Shown: piece by piece, positions 62,464 to 64,000 of the stretch | How positions within the stretch are numbered: position 1 is the first letter of the stretch | Layout: each line of letters begins with the position of its first letter | Origin: an uncultured Ruficoccus sp. | GTDB taxonomy: Bacteria; Verrucomicrobiota; Verrucomicrobiia; Opitutales; Cerasicoccaceae | DNA: 64,000 nucleotides | Direction of reading: 5' to 3' | Assembly: GCA_965140785.1 (NCBI GenBank) | Contig: OZ223519.1 | Coordinates: 320,001 to 384,000, forward strand | Translations under genes and position numbers: made by a program | The notes under the pieces: generated by a model | What the model was told of the DNA's origin: nothing | Seen by the model: only the letters and a program-made list of their open reading frames with translations | Databases searched by the model: none

Positions 62464-64000
62464 CTAGGGGGCAGGGCATGCCGTGCCGCGGATCATTTCG
62501 CGGTTGGCGCCGCCGGGCGGGACCATGGGCAGGACCTGTTGTTCGACGCAGGTGGGGGCGTTGATCAGGACCGGGCCGGGACGGGAGAAGGCTTCGGCCA
62601 GCGCGGCGTCGATATCCGGCTCGTCGGCCAGATCGACGGCGTCCATCCCCATGGCCCGCGCCATCAGCGCGAAGTCCGGCCCGTGCTGGAACTTCGAGGC
62701 GATCAGGCGCTTGCCGAAGAACAGGGTCTGCTGCTGGTGGACCAGTCCGAGCGACTGGTTGTTCATCAGCACAACCTTCAGGTCGGCCCCGGCCTCGGCG
62801 GCGGTGATCATCTCCTGATTGTTCATGAGAAAGCTGCCGTCGCCGCTGATGCAGACGACGGGGCACTCGGGCTCGGAGAGGGCCGCCCCGAGGGCCGCCG
62901 GCAGACCGAAGCCCATCGTGCCCAGTCCGCCGCTGGTCAGCCATTGGCGCGGACGGCAGAAGGGAAAGGCCTGCGCCGTCCACATCTGGTGCTGGCCGAC
63001 GTCGGTGGCGACGATGGCGTCGCGCCCGGCGTGGCGGGCGACGGCGTGGATGAGCCCGTAAGGCGTTGCCGGGTCGTCCCGCCCCGGCATGGCCATGGGG
63101 TGGGTCGCTTTGAGCGTGGCGATACGGGCGGTCCAGTCCGCGCGGCTGCGTTCGGGTAAGTGCTCCAGCAGGCGCGTGAGGAAGCGCCCGACATCGGCGC
63201 GGACGGCCAGGGTGGGCTGACGGATTTTTCCCAGTTCGGAGCTGTCGATATCGACATGGATGACGCTCGCGTGCGGGCAGAATTCGGCCACCTTGCCGGT
63301 GGCCCGGTCGTCGAAACGCGCCCCGAGCGCAATCAGCAGGTCGCACTCTTCCAGCGCCAGGTTGGTGTACGGGGCGGCGTGCATGCCCAGCATCCCCAGG
63401 TACTGCGGATGGTCGGTGGGCATTGCGCCGAGGGCCATCAGCGTGCTGACGGTGGGCAGGTGGGAACGCTCCGCCAACGTGCGGGCCGCCTCGGCGGACT
63501 CGCTGTGGATGATGCCCCCGCCCAGGTAAAGAATCGGCTGCCGGGCGGCCTCGATCATGGCGGCGGCTTGGGCGACCTCCGCCTCGCCGGGCTCGTCGGG
63601 CGCATCGGGCATGCCGGGCTCCGGCCAGTCCTCGAACGTGATCTCGGCCTGTTGAACGTCCTTGGGGATGTCGATCCAGACCGGGCCTGGCCGACCGCTG
63701 GCGGCCAGGCGAAAGGCCTCCGGGATGACGTGCAGCAGTTCCTCGACGGACTGGACGAGGACGTTGTGTTTGGTCACGGGCAGGCTCATGCCGAAGACAT
63801 CGACCTCCTGAAAAGCGTCCGTCCCGATGAGGGGACGGGCGACCTGCCCGCTGATGCAGACCAGCGGGATGGAGTCCAGCTTGGCGTCGGCGACGGCGGT
63901 GAGGATGTTCGTCGCGCCGGGGCCGCTGGTGGCGAAGCACACGGCGGGCTGCCCGGTGGTACGGGCGAGCCCCTGCGCGATGAAGCCCGCGCCCTGCTCG
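62464..64000 (-). CDS. ilvB: Acetolactate synthase large subunit (5' end outside window)
   Basis: ATSGPGATN, GTDAFQE, GRPGPVWIDIPKD, GARFDDRATG, DVGQHQMW, GDGSFLMN. Confidence 0.96.
   Translation of the reverse strand, partial: EQGAGFIAQGLARTTGQPAVCFATSGPGATNILTAVADAKLDSIPLVCISGQVARPLIGTDAFQEVDVFGMSLPVTKHNVLVQSVEELLHVIPEAFRLAASGRPGPVWIDIPKDVQQAEITFEDWPEPGMPDAPDEPGEAEVAQAAAMIEAARQPILYLGGGIIHSESAEAARTLAERSHLPTVSTLMALGAMPTDHPQYLGMLGMHAAPYTNLALEECDLLIALGARFDDRATGKVAEFCPHASVIHVDIDSSELGKIRQPTLAVRADVGRFLTRLLEHLPERSRADWTARIATLKATHPMAMPGRDDPATPYGLIHAVARHAGRDAIVATDVGQHQMWTAQAFPFCRPRQWLTSGGLGTMGFGLPAALGAALSEPECPVVCISGDGSFLMNNQEMITAAEAGADLKVVLMNNQSLGLVHQQQTLFFGKRLIASKFQHGPDFALMARAMGMDAVDLADEPDIDAALAEAFSRPGPVLINAPTCVEQQVLPMVPPGGANREMIRGTACPAP

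Noticed and set aside
62420..62470. Truncated ilvN or IS end after ilvB (duplicated TTGAACCGCT)
   Set aside because: Only a 10-bp repeat and a few codons, too little to call

Overview
GC-rich bacterial chromosomal window, most likely Verrucomicrobiota (Opitutia/Puniceicoccales-like). This is inferred from the PEP-CTERM proteins, the H-X9-DG pseudopilin, the C-terminal F[YL]R[LV] motifs on exported proteins and the stand-alone coaB. Most of the window is housekeeping: end of the alpha ribosomal operon (rpsK'-rpsD-rpoA-rplQ), guaA, hisDCB and hisH, gltA, coaB, an NtrB/NtrC-like pair, tRNA-Gly(GCC), a biotin operon (bioA-B-D-F-esterase-C), ppgK, trpS, a frameshifted pckG, metK-ahcY, obg and ilvB'. 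The notable accessory signals are: (1) a small integron-type array at 60.9-62.1 kb with an attI-like site, two attC hairpins and core/inverse-core complementarity, but no integrase in the window; (2) a Fur-family regulator divergent from a PEP-CTERM protein, a surface protein and a pseudopilin, convergent on a PEP-CTERM pepsin-like protein; (3) a stand-alone tandem-AP2 protein resembling ApiAP2 domains; (4) a 276-bp CTAG-bounded MITE and a sulfotransferase inside the his cluster; (5) several families of gene-less palindromic elements with 8-9 bp internal periodicity; (6) a 25-bp duplication of the tRNA-Gly 3' end; (7) an atypical BioH-position esterase and a repeat-derived insertion in BioF. 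The region from about 44.1 to 46.3 kb carries many +1 insertions and is probably low-quality sequence. All family assignments come from motif recognition by eye, not from database searches.
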